From: Eutreptiella sp. 'Long Island Sound 2002'
Taxonomy: Eukaryota; Protista; Euglenida
Direction: 5' to 3'
Length of the DNA stretch: 64,000 nucleotides
Assembly: GCA_964036045.1 (NCBI GenBank)
Contig: OZ038378.1
Span: 6,572,001 to 6,636,000, forward strand
Program-made: the position numbers and the translations under genes
Shown here: piece by piece, positions 62,530-64,000 of the stretch
Numbering within the stretch: the first letter of the stretch is position 1
Layout: each line of letters begins with the position of its first letter
Notes under the pieces: model-generated
Told to the model about the DNA's origin: nothing
What the model saw: only the letters and a program-made list of their open reading frames with translations
The model's database searches: none

Positions 62530-64000
62530 GTTGCCTTTCCACTCCCTGCCAGTCCCTCGCCTTCTCTCCCATTTGTTGGCTACTTCGGCACGTCAGATAT
62601 CTGCCCAGTTGCTCTGTGTTAGGGATGACCATGTCGGGTTTCGAGTCTCGCATGCCTGTGTCATGTGCATGCAGGTCCCTTGCTCTTCATGCGGGTCTGA
62701 TCCATGTATTTTTCGAGGTGGTCTTCTTGCCTCCCATCCTCCAACGTCCCTCCACTCCTTCCTGGTACCCCCACTTCCTCAGACTTCCTCAGACTTCACC
62801 CGCTTCCCCGCCATTCGTCCCAGCCACGCACCATTCCTTCCCAATCCCTCTTACCCCCACTCCATCCGCTCCCTTCCACACCGGCCCACTCCTTCCCTCC
62901 CTCCTGCTACCTCCCGCGCCTCTACCACTCCCTTGTACACCCTCCCACGGGTTTCTCATCTCTGACACGATCTCAGCCATCCCATTTCTGGCATGGGCGG
63001 TGACCGCATACTTGCTAATTCGCAGACATGCACTAGTTGGGCGACTGATTGATTTGCATATGATACTGCCATGGCATGGTGCCTTCTTCCTCCTTTCTTA
63101 AACGCCGGAAAAGCCATTTCTTTTGGACTGATTCTTAAATGGTCTGCTTTACGTTCACAATATGGTGTGCAAACCCTCATTTTAGCATGAAGAAAGGCAA
63201 ACACTAGATTTTGGGTTGTCAAAATGTGGCCAAGAGGGATGGGTCTTGCGTTACATGGCCGTGTCCTTGAAAACTGTGTCAGCCCGCTGGAAAACGGCGG
63301 GCGGGGGACTATGTTGTATTTGTGCATCCTAAATCCAGTCCATCGTTGTCAGGTGCATTCCAGTGCAATAGCAACAAACAAACACTCGGCGGAAGCTTAT
63401 GAAGCATTGGAACGGTCGAAACAGTGGGAGGGTGGGACGGTGTCTGGATCGCAATACATTCTTCGGGGGGCATAAGCCAACACCGGGGTTGTGGCTCAGC
63501 CCACACGGGGGTTGTGGCTCAGCCAACCTCAGGACCCAGGCCCCCGTCCCCCCGGGAGGGCCCTCCTGGCCATGATAGTGCCACATCTACCCCAGACAGC
63601 AGGCTGAGACCGCATGGGTTATGTAGCCCCTTTGGTTCCTCCCCCTATACTGTTGCTTGGGGGGATGATGAAGTACACACATGCTGACCCCGGCAGGAAC
63701 ACCGCAGCTCGGGCTACAAGGCCAAGCTGTGGAGTGACACCCCAACCCCCCTGCCCCTTTTGCCAGGGCCCACCCCCCACCCCATCCACGCCCTCTGGGC
63801 CCCAGGATACTGCAGAGTATCCAGGTCTACTGAGCCAGGCTTCCGATGTAGGCCAAAGTATTCAGTAGGAGTCAAGGGAACCGTCTCAGAGGTGTGCTCT
63901 TGGGAGCCTGCTCAATCAAATGGAGGTACCAGAGGCCCAGCTTCACATCGTAGAACGGACACAAGGGTGTTAAAGGATCTGCCAAGGCACATGTTTTGTT

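Overview
Eukaryotic, repeat-dense genomic DNA; no prokaryotic operon or CRISPR structure. Several signs point to a photosynthetic euglenid (inference): a plastid presequence with two hydrophobic domains, poly-T/AG acceptors 6-16 nt before start codons (consistent with spliced-leader trans-splicing), and TTAGGG-like repeats. Well-supported host genes, all on the + strand: an intronless VPS72/YL1 gene (36428-38692) with a long Gln/His/Tyr-rich C-terminal extension; a multi-exon ankyrin-repeat gene whose three ANK exons splice in frame (44207-46527) and probably continue into Pro/Ala-rich exons ending at 57553; and the first exon of a plastid-targeted protein (61963-62529). The rest is mostly decayed mobile DNA: LINE fragments (one with a terminal RNase H1-like domain), chromodomain Ty3/Gypsy fragments, hAT and Tc1/mariner-type MITEs with visible TIRs/TSDs, weaker piggyBac-, hAT- and KDZ-like transposase relics, and microsatellites. 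The most unusual structures are a modular tRNA-derived SINE family whose modules all start and end at (CA)n tracts, a tail-to-tail tRNA-like hairpin, and a hAT MITE sitting in frame in a Lys/Ala/Pro-repeat ORF. Most short ORFs in the track are spurious. All family assignments were made by eye, without database searches.
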